A stretch of 64,000 nt of DNA from Pseudomonadota bacterium (GTDB lineage: Bacteria > Pseudomonadota > Gammaproteobacteria > GCA-002705445 > GCA-002716945), in contig JAYZYL010000007.1 in assembly GCA_036140295.1 (NCBI GenBank), positions 36,459-100,458 on the forward strand. The letters run 5' to 3'. Shown one piece after another: positions 29,129 through 39,757 of this stretch (its first letter is position 1; every line of letters starts with the position of its first letter). The notes under the pieces are model-generated. The model saw nothing but the letters and a program-made list of their open reading frames with translations, had not been told where the DNA came from and did no database searches. The position numbers and the translations under genes are program-made.

Positions 29129-30930
29129 TATATTGATATTTTTTTTATATTCCTTGTTTCATAAATTAAACTAACAATTGCCCTTGTTCCAACAATTGAA
29201 GTAAACATTGATGACAGAATTCCAATAACTAATGTTACTGCAAACCCTTTTACAGCTCCAGTTCCAATTGTTAGAAGAGCAATTGCTGCAATCAATGTAG
29301 TAATATTGGCATCTGCAATAGTTGAAAAAGCTTTTTTATAACCAGAAAATATACTAGAATTTGGAGAATTTCCACTCTCCAACTCTTCCCTAATTCTTTC
29401 AAAAATCAATACATTTGCATCAACTGCCATTCCTACCGTAAGAACAATTCCCGCAATTCCAGATAAGGTTAAGGTTGCCTGAAATAATGATAGGACAGCT
29501 ATAATAATCACTATATTTGCTAATAACGCTATATTCGCAACTATTCCAAAAGTTCTGTAATAAATAATCATGAATAATCCAACTAAAAAAAGGCCTAAGT
29601 ACATTGAGTTTTGTCCAGAAATAATATTATATTTTCCAAGACTTGGCCCAACAGTTCTTTCTTCTACAATTGTCATCGGCGCACTTAATGATCCTGATCT
29701 TAATAAAATTGCTAAATCTCTTGCTTCATTCATGTCAAGTCCCGTAATTTGAAAATTTTTACTAAAAGATTCACGGATTGTCGCGACATTTATAACTTCG
29801 CTTTTATTCTTTTCAACAAAAATAACAGCCATTTTTGAACCAACATTTTTTGATGTTGTTTCTAACATTCTTGATGCTCCATAATCACTAAGACGAACAA
29901 AAACTGCAGGAGTATTTGAAACTGAATCAAAGCCAGTATTGGCATCTCTTATATCTTTGCCTGATACGATTATTTTTCTATTCAATAGAACAGATGTTCC
30001 TTTTCTTTCTTTGAAAAGGACTGCGGAAGCAATATTTGATTTTCCTTCTATGTGGGACTGCGCCCAATCTTCCTGAGTCCCTTTGGTAAGTCTAAATTCA
30101 AGAGTTGCTGTCGATCCAAGGATACCTTTTGCACGTGAGGAATCATGAAGTCCAGGTAATTGGACAATAATTCTATCTTTTCCTTGTTGTTGAAGAATTG
30201 GCTGTGACACCCCTAACTCATCAACTCTTGTTCTGAGTATTGATAAGTTTTTAATGAGAGAACTTTTTACGTCAAGATCAATTAATTCAGGTGATGGTTT
30301 TATATTTAAAATTAATTTATCTGACAGATTTTTTTCAATTATTAATTTGGGAAACTCTTTTTCTACATCATTAAGGATTTTATTGATAGGAGATCTATCT
30401 TTAAATTCAACAATAATTTCATCTTTTCCTCGATACATAGAGTCATATCTATATTTATTAATAATTAAGAATTTTTTAACATCTGACTCAACTTCTCTTG
30501 TTAAATTTTTTATAATATTATCATTATCAATTTGTAATAAAAAATGTACACCTCCTTTAAGATCTAATCCAAGAAACATTGGGTAGGCACCAATTGATTC
30601 AAGCCATTCTGGAACAGATGAATAAGTGCTAAATGTAATACGTATGTTGTCATCTAATTTGCTTAGCATTTCGTATGCCTTTAACTGATCATCGATATTA
30701 TTAAATATGTAATAATATTTTTCTTTATCTGCATTAACCTTAAAATTAATAATTTCTAAATTTTTAAGGGAATCTGAATAATTTATAATTTGATCTTTTG
30801 ATATGAGTGAATCAATTGCCTTTATTTCAATAGATGGATATGATTTATATAAGTTTGGTAATGAATAAGTTAGTGAGAAAAGTAAAACAATTATCACTAA
30901 AAAGTATTTCCAAATAGGGTATACTCCCAT
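29128..30930 (-). CDS. secD: Protein translocase subunit SecD
   Basis: 600-aa ORF with an N-terminal TM segment, a large periplasmic domain, and a C-terminal TM bundle with GIAGIVLTVGMAVDANVLIFERIREE. Confidence 0.94.
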   Translation of the reverse strand: MGVYPIWKYFLVIIVLLFSLTYSLPNLYKSYPSIEIKAIDSLISKDQIINYSDSLKNLEIINFKVNADKEKYYYIFNNIDDQLKAYEMLSKLDDNIRITFSTYSSVPEWLESIGAYPMFLGLDLKGGVHFLLQIDNDNIIKNLTREVESDVKKFLIINKYRYDSMYRGKDEIIVEFKDRSPINKILNDVEKEFPKLIIEKNLSDKLILNIKPSPELIDLDVKSSLIKNLSILRTRVDELGVSQPILQQQGKDRIIVQLPGLHDSSRAKGILGSTATLEFRLTKGTQEDWAQSHIEGKSNIASAVLFKERKGTSVLLNRKIIVSGKDIRDANTGFDSVSNTPAVFVRLSDYGASRMLETTSKNVGSKMAVIFVEKNKSEVINVATIRESFSKNFQITGLDMNEARDLAILLRSGSLSAPMTIVEERTVGPSLGKYNIISGQNSMYLGLFLVGLFMIIYYRTFGIVANIALLANIVIIIAVLSLFQATLTLSGIAGIVLTVGMAVDANVLIFERIREELESGNSPNSSIFSGYKKAFSTIADANITTLIAAIALLTIGTGAVKGFAVTLVIGILSSMFTSIVGTRAIVSLIYETRNIKKISI

Positions 30931-30931
30931 A

Positions 30932-31258
30932 TTATTTTATATTCTCCAAAGAGTTCTTGGGTAATATTTTCCCCACAGCATTTTTTTGCAACTTAAATTC
31001 AACTGTTTCATTTATCTTTAATACAACATAGGATTCACCAACTTTTGTAATTTTCCCATATATTCCTCCAGAGGTAGATACCTCATCTCCAATTTTTAAT
31101 TCTTCAATCATTGCCTTATGTTCTTTAAGTTTTTTTGATTGAGGTCTAATTAAGATAAAATACATTAAGACTAAAATAAATATAGGTAAAAGAAATCCAA
31201 GCGCAGAAGGTTCTTGAGGTGAATGTGATCCGGCAGCGGCTATACTAATAATGTCCAT
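30932..31258 (-). CDS. yajC: Preprotein translocase subunit YajC
   Basis: 108-aa ORF with a single TM segment (FLLPIFILVLMYFILIRPQ) and GDEVSTSGGIYGKITKV. It lies between tgt and secD. Confidence 0.92.
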   Translation of the reverse strand: MDIISIAAAGSHSPQEPSALGFLLPIFILVLMYFILIRPQSKKLKEHKAMIEELKIGDEVSTSGGIYGKITKVGESYVVLKINETVEFKLQKNAVGKILPKNSLENIK

Positions 31259-31259
31259 T

Positions 31260-33397
<2,138 letters not shown>

Positions 33398-33423
33398 TAA
33401 TTAAAAATTATAAAATACAAAGT

Positions 33424-33452
33424 TTGCAATTCAAAAAGAAATTTGATATTAA
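33424..33452 (+). promoter_or_regulatory. Candidate sigma70 promoter (TTGCAA-N17-TATTAA) for the 147-aa ORF
   Basis: These hexamers were read by eye in the 61-nt queA-divergent gap. The -10 ends 6 nt before the ATG at 33459 and no Shine-Dalgarno is visible, so the mRNA would be leaderless or nearly so. AT-rich context makes chance matches likely. Confidence 0.25.
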
Positions 33453-33458
33453 TGTGCT

Positions 33459-33902
33459 ATGGCATTAATACAAAATTTCCCATACGATGGCATTATCACA
33501 ATTAATAGAGTAATTTTGAAAAAAGAATTTACACTTGATGATTTACAGGAGAGAGTTGCGCTAATGTGTGAAAATGTTAAAACATATCATTCAGATACTG
33601 GATTCCTAGGTGGAATGGTAGTTCTCAATTCTGGTCAAATCTCAAATGAAGGTAGTAATGTTGGAAAAGCCTTGGGAAGTAAATATAAGGATAGAGAAGC
33701 CTTGATTATTACTTTTTGGAAATCTTATGAAGATCATGAAAATTCTCATAAAAGTGAGTCCTTTCAACCATTATTTAAAAAAGTTATAGATGTTTGTGAA
33801 AATGGAAATGAAGAAATTGTATATAGTATGTTATGGCAAGGCGAGGCATATACACCTGAAATGGCAAAATTAGCACAAGAAGCTAAACAAAAAGATAATT
33901 AA
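33459..33902 (+). CDS. Hypothetical protein, probably ABM-like dimeric alpha/beta-barrel fold
   Basis: 147-aa ORF whose beta-alpha-beta-beta-alpha-beta pattern is readable by eye (IITINRVIL / LDDLQERVALMCENV / GFLGGMVVL / ALIITFWKSYEDHENSHKSESFQPLF / EIVYSMLWQG). I recognise no specific family. Confidence 0.55.
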   Translation: MALIQNFPYDGIITINRVILKKEFTLDDLQERVALMCENVKTYHSDTGFLGGMVVLNSGQISNEGSNVGKALGSKYKDREALIITFWKSYEDHENSHKSESFQPLFKKVIDVCENGNEEIVYSMLWQGEAYTPEMAKLAQEAKQKDN

Positions 33903-34009
33903 TGTCTTTTAAAAAAAGAATAAATAATAAAAAACCAAGGCGTATACATCGAAACAAGGGTGCAAGACTTAAGGGTTCCTTAATAAATCTAAAACTTATA
34001 AAATCATAA
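33902..34009 (+). CDS. Speculative 35-aa highly basic micro-ORF (MSFKKRINNKKPRRIHRNKGARLKGSLINLKLIKS)
   Basis: Hand translation. The ATG overlaps the upstream stop as TAATG. The ORF sits on the only relatively GC-richer patch of this spacer. It is below the ORF-track length cutoff and could be a chance ORF. Confidence 0.2.
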   Translation: MSFKKRINNKKPRRIHRNKGARLKGSLINLKLIKS

Positions 34010-34037
34010 AATCTATAGTAGAATCATTATTTGTTTT

Positions 34038-34121
34038 GCCGGTGTGGTGGAATTGGTAGACACGCGAGATTCAAAATCTCGTTCTCGCAAGAGAGTAACG
34101 GTTCAAGTCCGTTCACCGGTA
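34038..34121 (+). tRNA. tRNA-Leu (anticodon CAA), class II with long variable arm; no encoded CCA
   Basis: The cloverleaf was folded by hand. Acceptor is GCCGGTG/CACCGGT (G1-U72 wobble), the D-loop has GGAATTGGTAGAC, and the anticodon stem-loop is CGAGA-TTCAAAA-TCTCG. The variable arm is TTCTCGCAAGAGAGTA and the T-arm is AACGG-TTCAAGT-CCGTT, with discriminator A. Confidence 0.92.
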
Positions 34122-34137
34122 TTAATTAAATAAAATT

Positions 34138-35127
34138 ATGAATAAATATCAAATTTATGGAATTGGAAATTCATTACTTGACTATGAGTACAAAGTTAAT
34201 GATAAATTATTAAGTTTATTAAAACTCAAAAAAGGATGTATGCATTTAAGTGGTTATGATGAGTATTTTAAAATACACAACACTATTAAAGACATAAGAC
34301 CTCCTGAAAGAGTATTACCTGGGGGATCTGTAGCAAATTCAGTCTACACAATGGCACAATTTGAAAATAGAGTTTGTTTTTCTGGTAAGGTATCAAACGA
34401 TGATACTGGAAAAAACTTTATTTCATGTTTAGAAAATTCTGGTGTTAATACTTTTATTGGGAAAACTGATAAATATAAAAGCGGGGAATGTCTAGTTTTA
34501 GTTACTCCAGATCATGAAAGAACAATGTGTACCTTTCTTGGTTCATCAGAATTTTTGGATCCAAAAGATATTAGCCAGAATCATTTAAAAGATTCTGAAT
34601 ATATTTTAATTGAAGGCTATCTAGTAACATCTGATGCAAATTTAGATGTTTCAAAATTTTGTTTGGAAAAAGCAAAAAAGAAAAGAACCAAAACCATCTT
34701 TACATTATCAGATCCAAATGTTGTCTCAGCATTTAAAAATAATATTATATCTTTATTAAAAAATAAGGTCACTATTTTGTTTTGCAATGAACAGGAAGCA
34801 AAAAATTTTTCAGAAACAGATTCAATTGAAGACTCATTTAATTATTTAAAAGAATTTTCTGAAAATTTTATTATCACACATGGTAAGAAGGGAGCAACTT
34901 ACTATAACGGATCTAAATTAGAAGAAGTTTCTACAGAAAAAGTAATTCCTAAAGACTTTACTGGTGCAGGTGATATGTTTTTAGGTAGCTTTATGCATGC
35001 AATTTTTCAAGGAAAGTCATTTTTTGATGCAACAAAATTTGCTAACCTTTGTTCTGGTAAAATTATTCAAGTTTATGGAGCAAAGTTTAACTCTAAGAAT
35101 GATTATCTTAAGTTAATCAACTATTAG
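34138..35127 (+). CDS. PfkB-family ribokinase-like kinase, probably adenosine kinase
   Basis: 329-aa ORF with N-terminal IYGIGNSLLDYEY, PGGSVANS, and the C-terminal ATP/anion-hole motif DFTGAGDMFLGSF. Confidence 0.75.
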   Translation: MNKYQIYGIGNSLLDYEYKVNDKLLSLLKLKKGCMHLSGYDEYFKIHNTIKDIRPPERVLPGGSVANSVYTMAQFENRVCFSGKVSNDDTGKNFISCLENSGVNTFIGKTDKYKSGECLVLVTPDHERTMCTFLGSSEFLDPKDISQNHLKDSEYILIEGYLVTSDANLDVSKFCLEKAKKKRTKTIFTLSDPNVVSAFKNNIISLLKNKVTILFCNEQEAKNFSETDSIEDSFNYLKEFSENFIITHGKKGATYYNGSKLEEVSTEKVIPKDFTGAGDMFLGSFMHAIFQGKSFFDATKFANLCSGKIIQVYGAKFNSKNDYLKLINY

Positions 35128-35133
35128 GATATT

Positions 35134-35829
35134 CTAACTGGCTATATCATTTATTGTTTTAATAATATTCTGTAATATATCTTCTGGATTTTTTGCTTCA
35201 ATTATAGGTCTACCTATCACTATATAGTTTGAGCCTAGTTTTATAGCCTCTCTAGGGCTAAAAACTTGGCTATGCTCATTTTTATTTGCATCTAATCTTA
35301 TTCCTGGGGTAATAAATAATAATTTCCTATCTATTTCTCTAATTAAATTTATGTCTTTTGGTGTACAAACAACTCCATCTATGTTGGATTTTGATGCAAT
35401 AATTGCTAATTTTTTGACAATATTTGATCTCTCTTTTAAACCAAGATTTTCTAGATTTACATCTGTAGTACTCGTGAGAAGAGTCACTCCAATAATCTTT
35501 GCTTCTTGATTTACTTTGTCTCTTGCTTCTCTTGCAGAATTTACCATTTCTGTTCCACCTAGGAGATGTACATTTAACATCCATACACCTAAATTGAATG
35601 CTTCTGTGCAGGCTTTATAAACTGTGGTAGGGATATCATGAAACTTTAAATCTAAAAAAATTTCAAAACCTTTTCCCTGAAGGTTTTTTACTAATTCTGG
35701 ACCAAATTTTGTAAATGCTTGTTTTCCAATCTTAACTCTACACAAAGAAGGATCAAGTTGGCTACATAACTCATAAATCTTGTTCTCATCATCATAATCA
35801 AGGGCAACTATTATATTCTTCTCATACAT
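35134..35829 (-). CDS. pyrF: Orotidine 5'-phosphate decarboxylase
   Basis: 231-aa ORF with IVALDYDD and FLDLKFHDIPTT motifs, and IVIGRPI near the C-terminus. Confidence 0.94.
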   Translation of the reverse strand: MYEKNIIVALDYDDENKIYELCSQLDPSLCRVKIGKQAFTKFGPELVKNLQGKGFEIFLDLKFHDIPTTVYKACTEAFNLGVWMLNVHLLGGTEMVNSAREARDKVNQEAKIIGVTLLTSTTDVNLENLGLKERSNIVKKLAIIASKSNIDGVVCTPKDINLIREIDRKLLFITPGIRLDANKNEHSQVFSPREAIKLGSNYIVIGRPIIEAKNPEDILQNIIKTINDIAS

Positions 35830-35834
35830 ATTTT

Positions 35835-37016
35835 TTATTCACTTTTAGTTTCTAGTATATCAGTTAGCAAATTTGGAACAATTGTTTCCCATGAATTACA
35901 GCTGGGACAAAACCAATTTAGTGTATTAGATTTATATCCACATTTTCTACAAATATATTTTAATTGGTCAGATATAATTTGATCGTAGGAAATCTTTGCT
36001 GTATTTAACAAGTCATTTTTTTCATTATTTTCAGCAATGGTACACAAGAGTGTATACGATAATTGAAAATTATTATGGATTTTTTTTAATTTAAAAGAAT
36101 CAACATATTTATGAGCAGCCTCCAATCCTTCTTGATAATTTATGTGTGTATAAATTTCGGGGATGAAATCTAAATCTTTATTAGATATTAATTTTTTAAA
36201 AATCTCGTCAAGAAATGAATTATTATTAAGGTTTTGTGCGCTTTCAATTATCTTCTTTACAACATAAGATCCAAAAAGAATATTTTCATCAAGCACAGAA
36301 AGATAATACTGTGACGCTAGATTTAGGTCATCTTTTGAATAGTAATCCCCTAATTGAATTGCAGCTCTAACGCATGATTTATTAATTTTTAGAGCTTTCT
36401 TAGAAATTGCTAAAAATTTATTTGTTTCATGATCATTTAGGTGTTTTTCTGAGATTTCACAATAATACTGAGCTAATAAAATTTTTGGATTTTCTTTGCT
36501 GAATCCTTCTGTTTCTAATAATTCAGCTAACTTGATTGCGTTATCCCAATCTTTAATAACTTCATAAATCCTTAAAAGATAATCTAGTGATGAGTGGCGA
36601 TAAACTTTATTTTCAGATAGATTCAAAAAAATTTTTTCAGATCTATCGTATAAGCCAGCTGAAAAATAATCTTTAGCTAATTCGTAAAAGGCTTGATTTT
36701 TTAATTCACTCTCAAGTGTTGGCCTTGATAACAAGTTTTGATGTATAAGTATAGCTCTATCAAATTCACCTCTTCTTCGATACAGTCCACCAAGTGCTAA
36801 ATGAGTTTCAATTGTAGAGCTATCTACATCCATCAAGGCAGTAAATACTTTAAAAGCCTTATCTTCTTCGTTATTTAGTAGATAATTTAAGCCTCTATAG
36901 TATTCTGCATTAAAGGTTCTTTCTGTATCTTTTTCTTTTGGCTTTAAAAGTAAATATAAAAATATGATGATCGATGAAACAGAAATCACCAATATGATCA
37001 ATGTGGTTCCTTGCAT
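35835..37016 (-). CDS. lapB: Lipopolysaccharide assembly protein LapB (YciM)
   Basis: 393-aa ORF with an N-terminal TM segment, TPR repeats, and a C-terminal rubredoxin-like CRKCGYKSNTLNWFCPSCNSW. It lies between lapA and pyrF as in E. coli. Confidence 0.9.
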   Translation of the reverse strand: MQGTTLIILVISVSSIIIFLYLLLKPKEKDTERTFNAEYYRGLNYLLNNEEDKAFKVFTALMDVDSSTIETHLALGGLYRRRGEFDRAILIHQNLLSRPTLESELKNQAFYELAKDYFSAGLYDRSEKIFLNLSENKVYRHSSLDYLLRIYEVIKDWDNAIKLAELLETEGFSKENPKILLAQYYCEISEKHLNDHETNKFLAISKKALKINKSCVRAAIQLGDYYSKDDLNLASQYYLSVLDENILFGSYVVKKIIESAQNLNNNSFLDEIFKKLISNKDLDFIPEIYTHINYQEGLEAAHKYVDSFKLKKIHNNFQLSYTLLCTIAENNEKNDLLNTAKISYDQIISDQLKYICRKCGYKSNTLNWFCPSCNSWETIVPNLLTDILETKSE

Positions 37017-37309
37017 CAGTGATCTTCTCTAATAGGGCTTTTCCTTAAACTATCAATCTCATCCTCTTTAATCTTCATGCTTTTTTTAAGATTAATATTT
37101 TCATGCTTATGTTTTATGTAAGCAGATAAAAAAAACATTAAAGTGAGAAAACATCCTACTAAAAAACTTATAAATAAAAAAATAGTTACTGGTTCTGTAT
37201 ATTTCTTAAAATAAAGGTCTATTTCAATTACTCCAGTATTAAGCATCGAGATAGTTATAGAAATGCCTATTATCAAAATTGTTGAAATGAAAACAATAAA
37301 TCTAACCAT
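37016..37309 (-). CDS. lapA: Lipopolysaccharide assembly protein LapA (YciS, DUF1049)
   Basis: 97-aa ORF with two TM segments. It overlaps the lapB start by 1 nt and lies downstream of ihfB. Confidence 0.8.
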   Translation of the reverse strand: MVRFIVFISTILIIGISITISMLNTGVIEIDLYFKKYTEPVTIFLFISFLVGCFLTLMFFLSAYIKHKHENINLKKSMKIKEDEIDSLRKSPIREDH

Positions 37310-37361
37310 AGATATATTAATATTATTCTAATAGATAAAGTATGTGAAGAAAATAAAACTT

Positions 37362-37670
37362 TTATTTATTATTAACCCTTCGTTTTAGTTCCTTGCTGGG
37401 CTTAAAGTGGACTGTATATCGCTTTTGTAACGCTACTGGTTCTCCAGTTTTAGGATTTCTTGCAGTTCTAGAGTTATGCTCATGTAATGAGAAGGTCCCA
37501 AATCCTCTCAATTCTACACGTTCACCTGAATATAGGGATTGCGAAATATACTCAAAAATCTTTTTCACAGAAAAATCAATATCTGAAAATGTGAAAGAGT
37601 TGAATTTTTGTGAAAGTTTACTGATAAATTCAGATTTATTTAGTGGGAGTGATGTTTTGTATGATTCCAT
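37362..37670 (-). CDS. ihfB: Integration host factor subunit beta
   Basis: 102-aa ORF with GERVELRGFGTFSLH...RTARNPKTGEPV...HFKPSKELK. It lies downstream of rpsA. Confidence 0.92.
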   Translation of the reverse strand: MESYKTSLPLNKSEFISKLSQKFNSFTFSDIDFSVKKIFEYISQSLYSGERVELRGFGTFSLHEHNSRTARNPKTGEPVALQKRYTVHFKPSKELKRRVNNK

Positions 37671-37687
37671 GTATATATTCTATTAGG

Positions 37688-39055
37688 TTATGCGTCTGCC
37701 TGGACATCTTCTTCAACTTTTTTTTCTTCCTTTTCTTTCACTTTTGGCTTTTTAAGACTAAGAGAGACTCTTTCCCTTTCTGGATCAATTGATAAAATTA
37801 CAGCTTCTATTTCATCTCCTTTTTTAAATGAACGTATTACTTCTTCCTGTTTTTCAGGTGCTGCAACATCTGCAATATGTATTAATCCATCAATATCACC
37901 TTCAAGTCCAACAAATATACCAAAATCAGTGATAGATTTAATTTTACTTTTAATTTCTTCATTCTTTTTATGATTCTCACTAAACTTTAACCACGGATTT
38001 TCTTTACATTGCTTGTAGCTTAGAGAAATACGTTTTTTTTCATCATCAATATCAATTATCATAACTTCCACTTCTTCTCCCAATGAAAGAACTTTGTTGG
38101 GATTAATATTTTTGTTTGTCCAATCTAACTCAGGAGATCTTACTAATCCCTCAATATTATCTCCTAAATCTACAAAAACTCCATAATCAACTACATTGAT
38201 AACTTTTCCTTTATACTTTTTATTTAATTCAAATTTTTTAGAGACTTGTTCCCATGGATCTTTTTCTAATTGCTTCATTCCTAAGCTAACCCTATTTTTT
38301 TCATTATCATATTTTAGAACAATAACTTTAATTTCATCTCCAACTTTTAATACTTCGCTTGGGTGAGAAATTCTCTTCCATGAAATATCTGTAATATGAA
38401 GAAGTCCATCAATACCACCTAGATCAATAAAAGCACCATAATCTGTCAAATTTTTAATAAATCCTGTAAGAGTTTTTCCTTCAACATATTTTTCTGCTGC
38501 CTCCTCAGGTCCGCAATTTTGATCTAACAAAACAGCCTTTCTAGATAAAACAATATTATTTCTAATTTTATCCATTTTTATAATTTTAAAATCTAATGTC
38601 TTACCCTCTAAATAATCAACTTCTTTAGTTGGTCGTATATCAACAAGAGAGCCTGGTAAAAAAGCTTTCACATTCATTAATTCAACTGTGAATCCACCTT
38701 TAACTTTTCCACAAACTTTTCCTTGTATTATTTCTTGAGATGTTTGATATTTTTCTAATTCAGTCCAAACTTTAATTCTCTTGGCCTTTTCCCTAGAGAA
38801 TAATGTCTCTCCATATCCATCTTCAACTGCGTCAAGAGTTACTTCCACTGTATCCCCTACCTTGATTTCTAAATTTCCTTCTGAATCTAAAAACTGATTT
38901 TTATTGATGACACCTTCAGATTTTAGCCCTGCGTTTATAACGACATAGTCATTACGGATATCTATAACCTTAGCATCAACTATACTGCCTGGTGTCATGT
39001 CAATCTTATCAACACTATTTTTAAATAAACTTTCAAACTCGCTTTGAGCTGTCAT
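37688..39055 (-). CDS. rpsA: 30S ribosomal protein S1, five S1 domains (sixth absent)
   Basis: 455-aa ORF. Five OB/S1 repeats are readable by eye (GSIVDAKVIDI, IIQGKVCGKVKGGFTVEL, GKTLTGFIKNLTDYGAFIDLG, YKGKVINVVDYGVFVDLG, IKSKIKSITDFGIFVGLEG), followed by a short K/E tail. Confidence 0.93.
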   Translation of the reverse strand: MTAQSEFESLFKNSVDKIDMTPGSIVDAKVIDIRNDYVVINAGLKSEGVINKNQFLDSEGNLEIKVGDTVEVTLDAVEDGYGETLFSREKAKRIKVWTELEKYQTSQEIIQGKVCGKVKGGFTVELMNVKAFLPGSLVDIRPTKEVDYLEGKTLDFKIIKMDKIRNNIVLSRKAVLLDQNCGPEEAAEKYVEGKTLTGFIKNLTDYGAFIDLGGIDGLLHITDISWKRISHPSEVLKVGDEIKVIVLKYDNEKNRVSLGMKQLEKDPWEQVSKKFELNKKYKGKVINVVDYGVFVDLGDNIEGLVRSPELDWTNKNINPNKVLSLGEEVEVMIIDIDDEKKRISLSYKQCKENPWLKFSENHKKNEEIKSKIKSITDFGIFVGLEGDIDGLIHIADVAAPEKQEEVIRSFKKGDEIEAVILSIDPERERVSLSLKKPKVKEKEEKKVEEDVQADA

Positions 39056-39079
39056 CTATAATTTGACCTCATATCATGT

Positions 39080-39757
39080 TTAGACTCTTGATATAGTATA
39101 CAATTCAAATATTTTATCAAGAACAGACTCAACATTTAAATAACTTGAATCTATTACTTGAGCATCATGAGCTGGCTCCAAAGGTGAGATTTTTCTGTTT
39201 TGATCAGTATTATCTCTAGTTTTTAATAAAGCTAAAATATCATTAAAGCTAACATTTTGACCTTTTTCTAAAAGTTCCTTATGCCTTCTCTTTGCACGGA
39301 TCTTTACATCAGCAATAAAAAAAATTTTTAATGGTGCGTTAGGAAAAACTTTAGTTCCCATATCCCTCCCATTTGCAATAAGACCTGGAAGTCTGAGGCA
39401 TGAATGTTGCAAAGGCAACAGTAAGTCACGAATAAATTTAATTTTAGAAATTTCTGAAGCATTCTTTCCAATGTCTTCTCCGTATAAATGGTCTGAAATA
39501 TCTTGATTTTTGTACATTGCCCTAAATGTATTAGAATTATTGTTGGTTTCTAATTTAAATTCAGTTAATAATTTATGTACTTTATCCGATGATTGAATGT
39601 CAATGGATTCAAGATCAATTAAGTAAGATAAAGATCTATAGAGAATTCCGCTATCTAATAAGTACCATTTTAATTTTTTTGATAAGAGCGTAGATACAGT
39701 TGTTTTTCCTGAACCACTCAATCCGTCTATTGTTATAATAGGGACTTTTGATTTCAT
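39080..39757 (-). CDS. cmk: Cytidylate kinase
   Basis: 225-aa ORF with P-loop ITIDGLSGSGKTT and GRDMGT. It lies between aroA and rpsA. Confidence 0.93.
   Translation of the reverse strand: MKSKVPIITIDGLSGSGKTTVSTLLSKKLKWYLLDSGILYRSLSYLIDLESIDIQSSDKVHKLLTEFKLETNNNSNTFRAMYKNQDISDHLYGEDIGKNASEISKIKFIRDLLLPLQHSCLRLPGLIANGRDMGTKVFPNAPLKIFFIADVKIRAKRRHKELLEKGQNVSFNDILALLKTRDNTDQNRKISPLEPAHDAQVIDSSYLNVESVLDKIFELYTISRV

Noticed and set aside
35339-35584. An 81-aa - strand ORF lies in an alternative frame inside pyrF. Similar same-strand alternative-frame ORFs occur at 11683-11895 (in ligA) and 48919-49110 (in purF).
   Set aside because: These are out-of-frame overlaps within conserved enzymes. The translations are Lys/Arg/Ser-rich noise with no start-site signals.
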